64,000 bases of DNA. Source: Felis catus. Lineage: Eukaryota. The notes under the pieces are model-generated. The model saw only the letters and a program-made list of their open reading frames with translations. It made no database searches and was not told the DNA's origin. A program made the position numbers and the translations under genes. The stretch covers positions 50,594,001 to 50,658,000 of the forward strand of contig NC_058382.1 in the NCBI RefSeq assembly GCF_018350175.1, written 5' to 3'. Below, piece by piece: positions 26,764 through 40,521 of the stretch. How positions within the stretch are numbered: the first letter of the stretch is position 1; each line of letters begins with the position of its first letter.

Positions 26764-28389
26764 AATAATCACAGACCTCTAATAGCGAAGGTTGGGTTGG
26801 CTAAAATCATAGAATTTCAGACCTATGATATTGTCCTATATTCTGCCAGTTTATTTTCTAAATTTGGAAATGGAGGCTCATATTTTACCTGACTTTCTTA
26901 AGGGCACATCTATTCCAGATCTGCAACTCAAATATCCTGACGGTCTCTATACTATGTCACAGTCTGGCCATCCATAATTAATTTCATTAGCTTTTATATC
27001 ATGTCCTCTTTAAGGAAATTAATTTACTGATAAAGCTGAATGGTGAGGAGAAATGCAAAGCAGAAAGAAAAGTAACAGCTATTGTTTCCAAGAAAAATAG
27101 TGATGCACTCACACATAGAAGGCAATAAGACTGTCAAAGCTGCCTCCCGTCTTATTTAGCAGACAGACCTTTCTATTCAAAATTCTGGTGACCTGGTGAG
27201 GCATGGGAGTGAAATCTCTTATCTTGTTTTGATTGTCGATCCATGTGAATGCATTAGCTAAAGAGAGGGGAGGAAATTCTACCTACTGCTTCCTCCAATT
27301 TGGAATAGTCCTCTGTAATACAGAAGAGTTATGTGACTTAACGTCACATAGATAGCAGAGTTTTGACAACTTCCAATCTGTTTCTTACCTATTAAATCAG
27401 AGGACTTTTGATTAATCTGTTCTTGTGCCTGCATCTATCACCATAAATATAATGCGAAGTCAATTTCTGGGAAGGTTGAAGGCTAGATACAATATGCCTA
27501 TCTTCCGTTACAAACATTGTAGGATTTTTATTTCATTTCATAATTTTGGTAATCATTATGATGGTAATGTTTACAGACATTCAAGTGTCGATAGGGATTG
27601 CTCTAGCAAGGACTCAAAGATATTTTATTTTTTATTTTAGTTGAGTTGCTGATGCTGTATCAGGTGTGTTCAGCTCAAGGAAGTAACGTCCTACTGTATT
27701 CCATAACTATGCACATCACACAATACCAAAATGAATATTTAAAATTCGATTTAAAAAGAAAAGGATGGGCACTCATAATTAAATGTTGTCTGAAGAGAGA
27801 GATATATATAGCCCATAAAAATCTGACCTTTCTTTGCTGGTAAAGGGAATGGCAAAGGGAATTTTTAAGAGTAGAAAAATCATCGCTTATATCATATAAT
27901 TTAAAATATTTCAGAAATTCACAGATACACCTTTTTTCACATCGTAGCATCCCTGAATTCAGGGTGTGTCAATAATCAACAATGTTTTATAGTTATAATA
28001 GGCAGCTTTTTCTTTTGTTTTTTTAAGTAAAATCATGATGCATCTTTAAAAAATAGAATATTGGATTCAGTGAAATGAAACGTGTCGCAAATTTTAATAA
28101 TTAGTTTTCTTAATATTTTTCACCATAAACATTTTCTGGTTAAATTATATGGCCACGTAAAATAAAAATCATGGCAAATGCATGACAGTCATATAAACTT
28201 CAGGGAAAAGAGTCACTTTACTATAATTTAAATATTTTAAGAACCCATTTGTGTTGAAACCTCTCAGAGAGGTTTGATGACTAGAAAAACTTGACTCAGA
28301 TAAAAGGTGATTTTGATTTTCTTTATTTATTTTAACTTTTGCAGACTAGTGATGGTCTCCTCTCTTTCTTCCCCATTTCCGCATACAAG

Positions 28390-28587
28390 AAACTGCGTGG
28401 ACCGTCATACAGCACAATGGCTCTGACCTAACAAGAGTCAGAAACACTAACCCAGAGAACCCATATGCTGGGTTTTTCGAGTATGTGGCCAGCATGGAGC
28501 AGCTCCAGGCCACAATTAACCTTGCGGACCACTGTGAGCAGGAGCTTACCTACTACTGCAAGAAGTCACGGCTTGCCAATAAACAAG
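28390..28587 (+). CDS. CNTNAP4: CNTNAP4 coding exon (~exon 13, 198 nt)
   Basis: catacaag|AAACTGCG...AAACAAG|gtaagg; ETAWTVIQHNGSDLTRVRNTNPENPYAGFFEYVASMEQLQATINLADHCEQELTYYCKKSRLANKQ; acceptor is AAG; phase 1-1. Confidence 0.92.
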
Positions 28588-29573
28588 GTAAGGAAACTGA
28601 GGCACCTGTCCCTCTGTGCACATGGCACCGTTGCTTTACTTAACCAACTCCCGAGGATTTGAATCACGCCGTAGTGGTGGTGGCATTCGGCCACGGAGCG
28701 TGTCTGCCCCCTGTATACTTAGCAAACATGTCACAGTCTGGAAGTCACAGCAATGCTTTTGCCCGAAGAAAGAACAAGGTCAATTTACTCTGAGCTTTGT
28801 TCAAAACCTCGATTGCCTTCGGAGTCTCTTCCTGGCCTCAGTCAGATAACTCTACAGAAAGGAGCTTCATTCTGATCCTCAATGAATGCTCAGTGTCTAT
28901 CCTTTAGAAAGGGCAGGTGACACATACGGTTTGTTTTATCAGGAAGAGAGTTCATGAAAATATGACTCACTTTTCTCAAAGTGACTATTCTGTGCGACTC
29001 TTTTTTCATGGATTGTTGGCAGCTAGCCTCTGGGTAAAATTGAAAATTAGAATAGGCTGCTGAAAACAGTTTATTCAGCAGTTTAAATCGGAAATCAGAA
29101 AACCATCTTTTAACTCTTTCCTTTATTCTACTTTTAATAACCAGTCTGCTCTTCAGTTCTGTGTTTGGTTTTGTTTTCCCGTTAGAACATCTCATTATGT
29201 GACGGTATCTTGGGCCCCACCGCCCAGTGCTGGTGCAGTGCTGGAATTTACTGCAGGCGCTTTCCATCTGGCCTCCCGTAGGCATCCCTCATATCTTCTC
29301 ATCACCCAATGTGTAATCTAGAATTTAATCTTTTTGAAGGGAATTAAGCTTTAAGAAACACGACTTCCGTCATGACGCTTTTCTACTTAACGAAGCTCCA
29401 GGCCTGCCTCTTTGCTGTCCGTCCAAAACAGACTCTTGTCTGATTCATACCATTCCCTAAGACACTGTTTTCTAGGAGTAATATTGAGGTATATTCTTCT
29501 TTAGAAATTAGAAAGATTCTGAGACGTCTGCACAATAAAGCTACTTGGCGCATGTTTACCCCTGTTTGTTATC

Positions 29574-29800
29574 TTTTTTTTTTTTAATTTTTTTTTTCAA
29601 CATTTATTTATTTTTGGGACAGAGAGAGACAGAGCATGAACGGGGGAGGGGCAGAGAGAGAGGGAGACACAGAATCGGAAACAAGCTCCAGGCTCTGAGC
29701 CATCAGCCCAGAGCCTGACGCAGGGCTCGAACTCACAGACCGCGAGATCGTGACCTGGCTGAAGTCGGACGCTTAACCGACTGCGCCACCCAGGCGCCCC
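29574..29800 (-). mobile_element. Young felid Can-SINE
   Basis: Reverse complement of the young consensus; TSD cccctgtttgttatctt. Confidence 0.95.
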
Positions 29801-29917
29801 GGCCCCTGTTTGTTATCTTAAGAGAGGTCTGAATACCATGACAACAATTTTAAAAGACATGCATTTCATATGTGAATGTCATATGTCATATGGGTCAAGC
29901 AGAAAGATTTTGAACCC

Positions 29918-29984
29918 TTTTTTGTTAAGTTCATTTATTTATTTCGAGAGAGACGGAGAGAATGCAAGCTGGGAGCTGCGGAGG

Positions 29985-30028
<44 letters not shown>

Positions 30029-30159
30029 ATATCCCAAACAGGCTCTGCAGAGTCAGCACAGAGCCCCAGGTGGGGCTCAAACTCGCAAAACCGTGAGATC
30101 GTGACCTGAGTGGAAATCAAGAATCGGATGCTTCACTGACTGAGCCACCCAGGTGCCCC
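29918..30159 (-). mobile_element. Can-SINE with long (GA)n
   Basis: TSD aagattttgaac. Confidence 0.9.
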
Positions 30160-30429
30160 AAGATTTTGAACTCTCGAGATGACATTTGAACTTGTTGCTT
30201 CTAGTTAAGCAGCTTTTCTCCTTACTGTCCACCCACGTAATACAACCAGATTATTCTTTCCCTTATGACTGGCTTCACACCCTCTCCTCCTTTTTCTCCT
30301 TCCTCTATTTCGGAATGTCCTCGTTTGGCCATTTACCCCCACCAACCCTTCCCATCTTGCTGGTCTCCTCTCACATCTTACCCCCCCTGAAACCTCAATC
30401 CCATTTGTGAATGACCATCAGATAGTTAC

Positions 30430-30615
30430 AGTGTAAAGAGCATAAGACTTAAAGGCAGGGAGAGATGTGGGTTCAAATTCCAGGGCTCTTGTTGATTAGG
30501 TATAGAGCTTGGATAGATGAATCTTTCTCTTCTATGACATGGGGCCAGTGGTACCAACCTCACAGGGTGTGGCAATAATTGGATGACATAGCACAGCACG
30601 TACAAAGTGCCTGAA
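30430..30615 (+). mobile_element. MIR
   Basis: gtaaagagcat..tgggttcaaattcc..acctcacagggt..tacaaagtgcct. Confidence 0.6.
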
Positions 30616-31141
30616 GTGAGCTTCTCTCTTTTCAGCTCTCTGGTGCATCACGGTTATAGTTCACGTAGCAGTTTAGTATGCAACTGATTGTTCATTGATG
30701 CTTAGAATCTAAAAACATAGAGAAGCAAATATGGAAGTGTAATCTAAGAAGAATGAGAACCTTATTTATGGAAGGACAAATGAATGAGATGCAACAAAAT
30801 GAACTGAGTTACCTAACTAGAAAAGAAAGACAAAAGGGAAGATAAGCCTCAAAGTCACAAATCAGCCAAACTCTGGAAGAAACAGAAAACAAAATCCCCA
30901 AGGGGCTGGCGAGCAAGCACCACCCAAAGTAAAGAGCACAGTATAGAGTGTGAAGGAACCCCTCCCTTCATGGCCAATGGTGCCCATGCGTCTGGGTGTT
31001 TGAGCCAGTCTTGAGAGCCACTAGTAAAGAAAAGGCTGTAGAACAAAGGGTGGTGATGCTTGTTACATACACAGATTTTCGTCAGGTCCATCACCCAAGA
31101 ACTCATATGGAATGAACTTAAGTTTGAAAATAGAGAGAACA

Positions 31142-31335
31142 GGGGCACCTGGGTGGCTCAGTTGGTTGGGCAACTGACAGTCAGCTCAGGTCATGATCTC
31201 ACCCTTCGTGGGTTGGAGCCCCGCCTCGGGCTCTGCGCTAATCAAAACAGAGCCTGCTTCGGAGTATTTGTCTCATTCCCTCTCTCTCTCTGCCCCTCCC
31301 CCACAAATTCTCTCTTTCTCTCAAATAAATAAATA
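31142..31335 (+). mobile_element. Can-SINE
   Basis: ggggcacctgggtggctcagttggtt..cagctcaggtcatgatctc..aaataaataa. Confidence 0.9.
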
Positions 31336-33047
31336 TATAAACACACAAAAAAGGAAAATAGAACAATTTGGAGTTTAAGTTCACAATAAGAAATACATGG
31401 GGAAGAACAGGAAGGTGCTGTCAGACAAGTTAAGTTTACAGTTTCAGATCTTAAAGGTAGAGCAGTTTCAAATAATAATGGTGCCATAACTGTGGACGAA
31501 TAAAGTGGGATGTGTATGAAAATAAATTTTTTGCAAGCTGTGGAGCTATGACTCAGCACATTGAAAAGATGATCAATGTGGATACTCAGGTCATTTGGGA
31601 TTTTAACTATGGGAAGGGGAATGTCCTGCCAGGATCACTGATATTTTATAATTTTAATTTTTAACCTAGAAAATTTCTCATGACTTTCTCCATTCTTTCC
31701 TATACTTATTTAAATTCTTCAGGACACTTGAAAAAGTCTTAAAGGGAACCGCATGTCCTTGGTACTTTAAAACATTCAGTGGTTTCAAGGAAGATTGGCG
31801 AAAATATTATTCAATATTTAGGAATAATTTATTTTCTTTTTAATCTATGAACACATAATGTTTAAGCAGTATATTGGGATATACCTATTAAATGTTTCAA
31901 GATGGTTAAGTTCATCATGCAATTAAAAAAAATGAAAAACCTTGATTTTAATGTCTTTATTCATAACACAAACTTCCAGTTCACTTGGGTTTTTTGGCAT
32001 GGTATGTGCTGGTATGGAAAGGAACACTGGGAGAGAGGTTGTCAGCATTAGTAGAGGTTTAATCAAATAGTAAGTTGTTATGAGCATTGACATTTGTAAA
32101 TGAGGGAGAAATTAGTATAAGTCCGTATTTTCAATAGGACCCATGGCAGTAACTTAAAAGTTTTGAAAGTCAACAGAAAAATGATCTAACAACTTTGAGG
32201 AGCTGACTGATTTGATGTCACATTCTTCTCATGCCCTGATTCTCAAATGACTATGATTTTTCCTCACTACCTGTTGTTTTTTGCTAAGACAGATTGCCTG
32301 CATTCCTCACCTGAATGTTCTGTCTATTCTTTGTGCTAGTTCTTTGGCATCATGTTTAGTCGTAACTCTGAGAAGGAGCTGGAAGCTGAACATTCATCAT
32401 AGAAAGCAATGCACTTGGCTAAGGGAAACTTTGTTTTTGAGTGTAGCGTTTGCTTCAGGCATAAAGATCTTTCAGTGTTATTTCTGTAGTCTCCAAATAA
32501 ATAGCCAAGCCATTAAATGGAAGAAAAAAAACCCACATACTTCCAAATAGATCCTAAATCATAAGGAGGGGGTGCCATACAATGCCTAGTGTAAATAAAC
32601 AGCTCATGTGTTTTTAGTTGAATAAATGTATTGAGATCAATCGCTGACTTTCCATAACATTCTGTAGTGTTTTAATGGGCATTTCATGATCTCAAATCAG
32701 TTTTGCTTCTGATATCATAATTACTGTGGTTTATATTTTGATGCCTTCTTGTTTCAGAAATTATTTTTAAAGAACTTACATATGTGAACTCCTCTCAAAA
32801 CATTTTTAAATGTCATGCCTGAATTAAAAAGGAACTACTGGTTTCTTTTCTACTTAAAGAAAAATATATTGACCATTTAAGCTTAAATAATAAAATATAT
32901 TTTTTAAAAGCTTTCTTAAGGAAATGCCATCAGTAGCAGTCTTTGGAATATCATTACATCAGACCAGCCTTTCTTTTCCTGCCTTCAGTCTTTTGACTGA
33001 TTTGGGAAGGAAGGGAATGGACTGGCCTGGAAGGCTATGGGGTCTAG

Positions 33048-33239
<192 letters not shown>

Positions 33240-33264
33240 TGATTTCCTTATGCAAAATAAAGTT

Positions 33265-33485
33265 GTTTTTATTTAATGTTTATTTATTTTTGAGGGAGAG
33301 AAAGAGAAAGAGGGAGGAGGAGGGCCAGAGAAAGAGAGACAGGGAGGGAGAGACAAAATCCAAAGCAGGCTCCAGGTTCTGAGCTGTCAGCGCAGAGCCC
33401 GAGGCAGGGGTCAAACTCACGAACTGTGAGATCATGACCTGAGCCGAAGTTGGACGCTTAATCGACTGAGCCACCCAGACACCCC
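33265..33485 (-). mobile_element. Can-SINE beginning ~27 nt after the exon-14 donor
   Basis: Reverse body; ataaagtt present on both flanks (33257-33264, 33489-33496). Confidence 0.9.
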
Positions 33486-34219
33486 GATATAAAGTTTATT
33501 GTTAAAAATGAATCACTCAGAACATACAGCAGAGCGAGGCAGATACTGAACAAATTAGTACAGTGAAGAAATTAGATAAAGGTATGTTTTGATGAAATGT
33601 GTTACAATCAGTTTGAATCCTAAATGTGAAGACCAGTATCTTTTTATTTGAGTTTTTTGGAAATGGACCACAAATCATTACATTTTATTTTTATAATAGG
33701 ATGAAATAGAGACATCTGTTTCATGTTTCCTCTTCATTGTAAGTCAGTTATCATTCTTTTTAAAATTGAATGTGGTTAAGAATTCTATTATTTTCAAAAT
33801 ATATTTATAGCCATTAATTACTGAAGCACAGTTCTTCAATAATCTACCTCTGTAAACTTAGAAAGTCTCACAGTTATTTGAACATGTAGCTCTTTAGTTT
33901 TTTTTAAGGACAAACCATGCCACAAAGAACTAATAGTCTATTTATCATACCTCAAAAAAGGAAATCTAAAACACTTAGGGATTTGAAAACCGAGGCTGAA
34001 ATATTGTTTTAAGTAGAAGAGAAGCCTTATGTGTATGTTTGCCTTTGAAACTTTTGAAAAGATATTTAGTATATTTGAGACTAGAGTTGAAATATACATT
34101 GGTTTTATTTATTTGTAAAGTGAAAGGTTTTTAAATTTTCCTATTTGCATTTCAGCATTCCATATGTATATCTTACATCACTAAGCACCTGGATCTGTAC
34201 ATAAGAATTATCTAAAAAA

Positions 34220-34424
34220 ATTTTTTTTAACGCTTATTTATTTTTGTCAGAGAGAGTGCGAGTGGGAGAGGGGCGGAGAGGGAGGGAGACACAGAATCCA
34301 AAGCAGGCTCCAGGCTCTGAGCTGTCAGCACAGAGCCTGATGTGGGGCTCGAGCCCATGAACCCGTGATACCATGACCTGAACTGAACTCGGAGGCTCAA
34401 CTAACTGAGCCAACCAGGTACCCC
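34220..34424 (-). mobile_element. Can-SINE
   Basis: Reverse body; TSD aagaattat. Confidence 0.9.
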
Positions 34425-34755
34425 AAGAATTATTCTTAAAAGTACTAATAGTCAATTTGGCTGTAAATGGGATTGATTTGGTTACAGAATCTATGTTAAT
34501 TTCAGTAATCAGTCCGTTGTTAATTGAGCTTATGTTTTGAATTATGGAATACTCTGTGTATTTATTTGGCAAACATCAAGGCTACATTATATTTAAAAAA
34601 GGATTGTTTTAGAATACTCTAAAAGGAGGTTTCTGCATGGAGTCATGATAATATTTTTAGTGTTACATGTTTCATAGAGTATTGTCTTTCTTGCTCAAAC
34701 TCCAGTTTTTCAGAATATCTACCTCCTGTGGAGGGCACTCTTTTCCTCACTGCCT

Positions 34756-34800
34756 TCACACACACGCACACACCCACACACACCCACACACACACACACA
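34756..34800 (+). repeat. Interrupted (CA)n microsatellite
   Basis: Read directly. Confidence 0.9.
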
Positions 34801-34938
34801 AAATGTCTACACAATAATAGTGTGTCTTAAAGTGCAAATAAAATGTTAATAGCAGTGCTTACCAGGAAAAATACCTAACCTAATCACCAAATTTCTCCAA
34901 TGCCTCTGTAACATATTATCCATCAAAAATAATTTTTA

Positions 34939-35133
34939 GGGGCACCTGGTGTGACTCAGTCTGTCACATGTCCAACTCGATTTCGGTTCAGGTCATGACC
35001 TCAGGGTTGTGGGATCAAGCCCCACGTTGGGCTCCGTGCTGGGTGTGGGGGCTACTGAAGATTCTCTCTCTCTCCCTCTCCATCTGCCCCTCCCCACCCT
35101 GTGTGCTCTCTTTCTCTCTCGCTCAAAAAAAGC
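34939..35133 (+). mobile_element. Can-SINE (older, short type)
   Basis: ggggcacctggtgtgactcagtc..ttcaggtcatgacctcagggttgtgggatcaagcccc. Confidence 0.85.
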
Positions 35134-35679
35134 CATTTTTAAAAATAAGATTTTAAAATTTCTCGTATTAAATTCTGCTCCTGGTAAAGTAGCTTGCATG
35201 GAGCTAACCTTCCTTAGACACATTTATAATCTCTGGAAATATATTTAGAAAAGCACCTAGTTGAAGAAGGTGGAGAGCAGCCAAATGTAGGCAGAAACTA
35301 CCAAGGTTGGGGGACGTTGACCCTTGAAAGAAGGAATTCAAGTGGGTGAGATAGATGTTTATATGCTTTTTCGCACGAGGGCACTCACCAAACCATGTGC
35401 CATGAGATGGTTAGGACTCCAAGGGAATACTAGATTTTTTTGGCTCCAGGTATCAGAGGACAGAGTTTAGGGCTGCCAAAATGACTAAAAATTGAGGAGG
35501 GAGTGGAAATCCCAGAAAGAAGAAAACTACCTGGGCAGAGTTCACTCTGTCGACTCCCCTCAGTGCCCCGACTGCCCTTGAACCGCATATGCACAGGGGA
35601 GGTTTCTGGGAATCAAGCAGAGAGCTACCCCTGGAAAACTGAACGAGCTCTAGGGACATTTCAGTGGCATTTCACTTGG

Positions 35680-36167
35680 ACCTTGTGACTTGATTTAAAT
35701 AAATAGAATATGATCAAAGGGAGGAGAGTCACTTCTGAGATGGAGTCACAAAAGACTATGATTTCTGATTTCCTTGCAACTCTCTCTGCGACTCCTGTTT
35801 TGATGAGGCGATCTGCCGTGTCGTGAGCTGTCCTGGGGAGAGGCTCATATGGCAAGGAATTGAAGGTGACCATCAACCGACACCAGCGAAGAGCCAGGGC
35901 CCTCAGTCCATCCGCTGGCAAGGAGCAGACTACTGCCAACGACGAACCACATGAGTGAGCTTGGAAGCGGATCCTTCCCCTGTCAAGCACTGAGATGGCG
36001 GTAGTCCTTGCCAACTCTCTCGTTGCAGCTGGGCGGGGGACTCGGAGCCAGACTCTCCTGTTGAGCTCTGCCCAGATTCTTGACACACGGAAACATAGAT
36101 CATAAATGTTGTTTTAAGTCGTGAAGTTTTAGGATAGTTTGTACTGCCATGGTAGATCACTAATACA
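35680..36167 (+). mobile_element. MaLR LTR (MLT1F/G/H-like) within an old L1
   Basis: tgtgacttg..agaatatg..tggcaaggaa..ggccctcagtcca..ccacatgagtgagcttggaagcggatcct..gttgttttaag..ctaataca. Confidence 0.8.
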
Positions 36168-36179
36168 ACATCAATGTAC

Positions 36180-37440
36180 AGATTCCAGAAACTCAGAGGA
36201 TCTGAAGCAGAATAAAAACAGAGAAGAACACACCTTGGCTTATTGTTCAAATTGCTGCTAAAAAAAATGACAAAGATAAATATTGTAAAAGCAACAGCCA
36301 GGTTGGACAGATCTGGTGGAATGCATTCCATGCAGGAAAACAGAGAGATACCAGTGAAGGCTGACTCCTCATCAGAAGCACAGGTCAGAAGACAATGGAA
36401 TGATCTCTTTAATGTGCTGAGAAAGAAAGCAATGTCAACCTAGAATTCTATACTAAATAAATAGATATTTCAAAACTGAAGGTGAAATGAAGTCCTTTTC
36501 AGATTAAGGAAATGCTGAATTTGTTCCCAACACAACTGCACTGTAACAGTATACTAACAGAAATGCTACAGGCTGAAGAGAAATAATACCAGACGAAAAC
36601 TCATCTTCAGAAAGGAACGAATAAGACTGGAAATCATGATTATGTCAGGAAATATAAAAGCCAGCATTTAAGTTCTTTTTTTTTAATTAAAAAAGTAGAT
36701 TAAAATTTACTGTTTAATTTTATTATAACATTTATAACACCTAGATTTAAACTATATTACAGCAATAACACAAGGAGCAGGTGTGTGTGTGGTGGGGGGT
36801 AGGGGGGGGTTAAGAATATTATCCTGTAGTAAGCTTCTGACATTTTATATTAAGTAATATAACAAAATCTAAGTAAAGTGGATGAATTAAAGACGCATCA
36901 TGTAAAGATCCGTAAAGCAAACATTAAAAACTATAAACAGACATATAGCTCAAAAGTGAGTAAAAAATAAAATTGAATACAAAGAAATACATAGTTAGCC
37001 AAGAGATTTAGGAAAGAGGGTGCAGAAATACAGGAAATCCTATGGGAAAAAATAAGCAACAAATAACAAAATGCTAGAACTAAGAACACAATATCAGTCA
37101 TTATACTAAATGTAATTATTTATTAATTTATTTGTTTTCTATTCTTTTTTGCTATTGGATTATAATTGGTATACAATATTACATTAATATGTATATCAAT
37201 TATACAATAGTATATTGTATAATTGGTATACAATATTATATTAATATATACAATATATATTATATTATATTATATTATATTATATTATATTATATTATAT
37301 TATATTATATTATGCAACGTAGTGATTTGATACTTTTGTACATTATGAAATGATTATCTCGCCATAACCATTCCACTGAAAAGGTAGAAAATGCTCAACT
37401 GAATTTCAGAATCACCAGCTATAGTCAGTCTGCAGGAGAC
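36180..37440 (+). mobile_element. Old L1M: ORF1 C-terminus, spacer and ORF2 start; interrupted at ~37115-37360
   Basis: ORF 36243..36443 ADSSSEAQVRRQWNDLFNVLRKK resembles L1 ORF1p; atatcagtcattatactaaatgtaa and ctgcaggagac resemble the ORF2 endonuclease start. Confidence 0.7.
37255..37313 (+). repeat. (TATAT)n pentanucleotide microsatellite
   Basis: Read directly; lies in a short antisense L1 3'-end insert. Confidence 0.9.
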
Positions 37441-37585
37441 GTGAAAACGTGGCCATATTTTCATATGCTTAAGTGAGCAATTGTTTCCTTGCTTTTTTGT
37501 GTGTGCAGATCTGGCTCAGAATACCTTGGCTTTGAAATGTAGTGAGGATTATTGCTTATTTTATCATTACAGATTGTAATTTTAA

Positions 37586-37930
<345 letters not shown>

Positions 37931-38977
37931 TGACAGCAAGGCTTGTTCAGATCCCAAGAGAAAGAAACCACTAAGCATCTCAATTTGATTGGTTGGTAAA
38001 CACATCCCAGCATTCCTAAATTTCTACCTGCCGTTATCTATATAGGAAAGCCTCAGTGCTGCATAAAAGTGTGGAGAATGTATGTGAGTTTTCTCCTGTT
38101 GGGCCCGTGGTGAAATTAGAGCATCAGTAGGATCAAATGCCAGTTTGGTCAACATATTTCAACTTTTGATCTCATTTTTGTTTCCAGTTTGTGTGTCCAA
38201 CTCTAAATCAATGGGACACGCTGTTTTGTGTATTCAATGTATTCGCACTCTAAAGCAGAATTTTAAAATTCAAATATAGTTTCACAGAAAATATTTCTTT
38301 TCAGCAGGGATTGAAATGAGTATATGTATCCATACGTGTGGAGACTGATGCATTAATTATTTGTGCCTTTAGTTATTTCCAGGACTTAAAACGGAAATGG
38401 GAAAAATATTTATTCACATTAAAAGTATACCCTAAAATACAGTTTTATTCTAGGGGCTCGACAGAGGAAGAGACGATCTAACAACGCAGTGGATTTATGG
38501 AGATACACAGCAGAAGTTGCTTAGTTAAAAAGCAAAAATGATACTGGCCTAAAAAATTTATATATAGTTATAAAAAATGTCTGCCATTATACCTACCATC
38601 CCCAATCTTAAGCATCTCTACTTCCTGTCCTGCCAGTAGGCTCACACAATCACATGAAGAAGACGTAGGATATTTCATGGAGAGAAAAATTATGTGCAAA
38701 CAGACGAGGTTGTAAACTCAGGATGCATCCAGGGAAGTACGATGATTTTGTGACTGCAGAGAAATTGTTCTATACCTCACACACAGTTTTCCCTGCTGGC
38801 TCTCATCTTAACCCTTCAGGGGCCTGGGCTGGCTTCCTCCCTCTCCCTTATATCATTTGCCACAGTCCCCGGGAAGGTGTCTGCTTTGACTCATGTCACT
38901 ACCCCTGGCGCTGAGGGCTTCTTTCGCACAGACTTTCTGCCATGAACTTAAAACACACCGCACTTTTCACTTAAAGT

Positions 38978-39198
38978 AGAGGTTTTCCATGCAAGGCAGT
39001 GTTTGCCCCTCGGTGGACATTTGGCAATACCTGAAGACACTTTTGAGTGGTACAGTTGTTGGGGGGTTGAGTGCTACTGGCATCTAGAGGGAGAGGTCAG
39101 GAATACTGCTAAATATCCTCTAATGTGCAAGACAGCCATCTGCAACAAGGAATGATCTGGTCCAAAATGTCAATAGTACTGAGGTTGAGAAACCACAG
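38978..39198 (+). mobile_element. MER20 (hAT-Charlie)
   Basis: tttgcccc..ggacatttggcaat..tgctactggcatctag..tgctaaatatcct..ccaaaatgtcaatagt..gaggttgagaaacc. Confidence 0.85.
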
Positions 39199-40521
39199 CG
39201 TTAAACTTTTGTGACCGTGGGGCTGCAGAGGGAGGAAAAACATTAGGAATAAGAATTTGCAAGCAATTTAAGTATTTAGAGACCTGCTAAATAATTTCTC
39301 ACTTTTAAATGAAATAGTAATTGAGAGTTTCCTTGGCCTTCTTGCACATCTATTTTAGGCTTGAGGCTCATCCTCACATAACGTCACAGGACTGTTTTCT
39401 GCCTGGGGGACCCGTTCTTATTTTCTCAGTCAGAAGAGCAATGGCTACAGAACAATGGATGCCCCCCCCCTTCTCTACATGGGAAATCTGCACCCCCGAA
39501 GGTGCAGTGCCTTAGGCACATTTATTTTTCTTTCCAGGTGAGATAGACTGGGTAGATATGGGACTTCTAGATATGGAATCATGCACACTGGGCCTGATAA
39601 GCAGAAGAAAGGTGTGCAGACACTATCCTGAAGGCAGTAGGGCCTGAATATTGAATAATTTAAGGCTGAGAAATAGCTTAATCTTCACAATCCAATTGAA
39701 AACATGAAGACCAGTTATAAATCTAAAGGCCAGCGAAGTGACCTTTGATGTAAGACAAGGAAAAATGATGAGGACTTGAACCAGGCAGTTGTTGGCATGG
39801 GACTTACGGAAGGGGCTCAGAGAAAGAGGTAAATTCGGCATGATCTGGATGGGAGTGGAGGCTGAAAGCGTGAAAGTGGAGGTTGAAAGATCTCTGACTT
39901 TCTGATCTAAGTAAAGCTGCTGTGACAGTAAGAATTCTAGTACCCTTCACTGAGACAAAGGGACTTTTAGATTTTCTTTGACAGAAAAACGGAAAAATGA
40001 GTATAAAAAAATAGACATTTTGGTTTTATCACACACATGAGAGATGTTGAAAGTTTTCTATCTAGCTATGTTTTTCTAGGAAAGAGGACAGAAGCCTTGA
40101 GAAGGCAGGACAAAGAAACAAAAATGACTCTGAGACCTATTGATACCAAATATGAGCTTGCCCCTAATTAATTGAGGTTGTCTTTTTCCAAGTCCTTCTT
40201 TGATTATTTTTTTAAATGTACGTGGTTCTGAAATTCCACGTGACTGCTGCCATTGTCGTTTGATACCAGAAGCACAGGTGACATTGTTAGGTGTTTGTCT
40301 TAAAGCACAACAGGTATGAACGATAAAGCTGCCTTTAAAGTTGTGCTACAGACACAAAACTTAGTAAATACTATTGTCCTTACGAATTTATATATGAATA
40401 TGGAAATAAATTTCTTGAAGATTTATGTGAAAAGTAAATGGCAGCATTTGACATCCTATTCATGATAAAAGCAGAGTAGGAACTGAAGAGAACATCCTCA
40501 GTGTTTTAAAAGGCATATATG

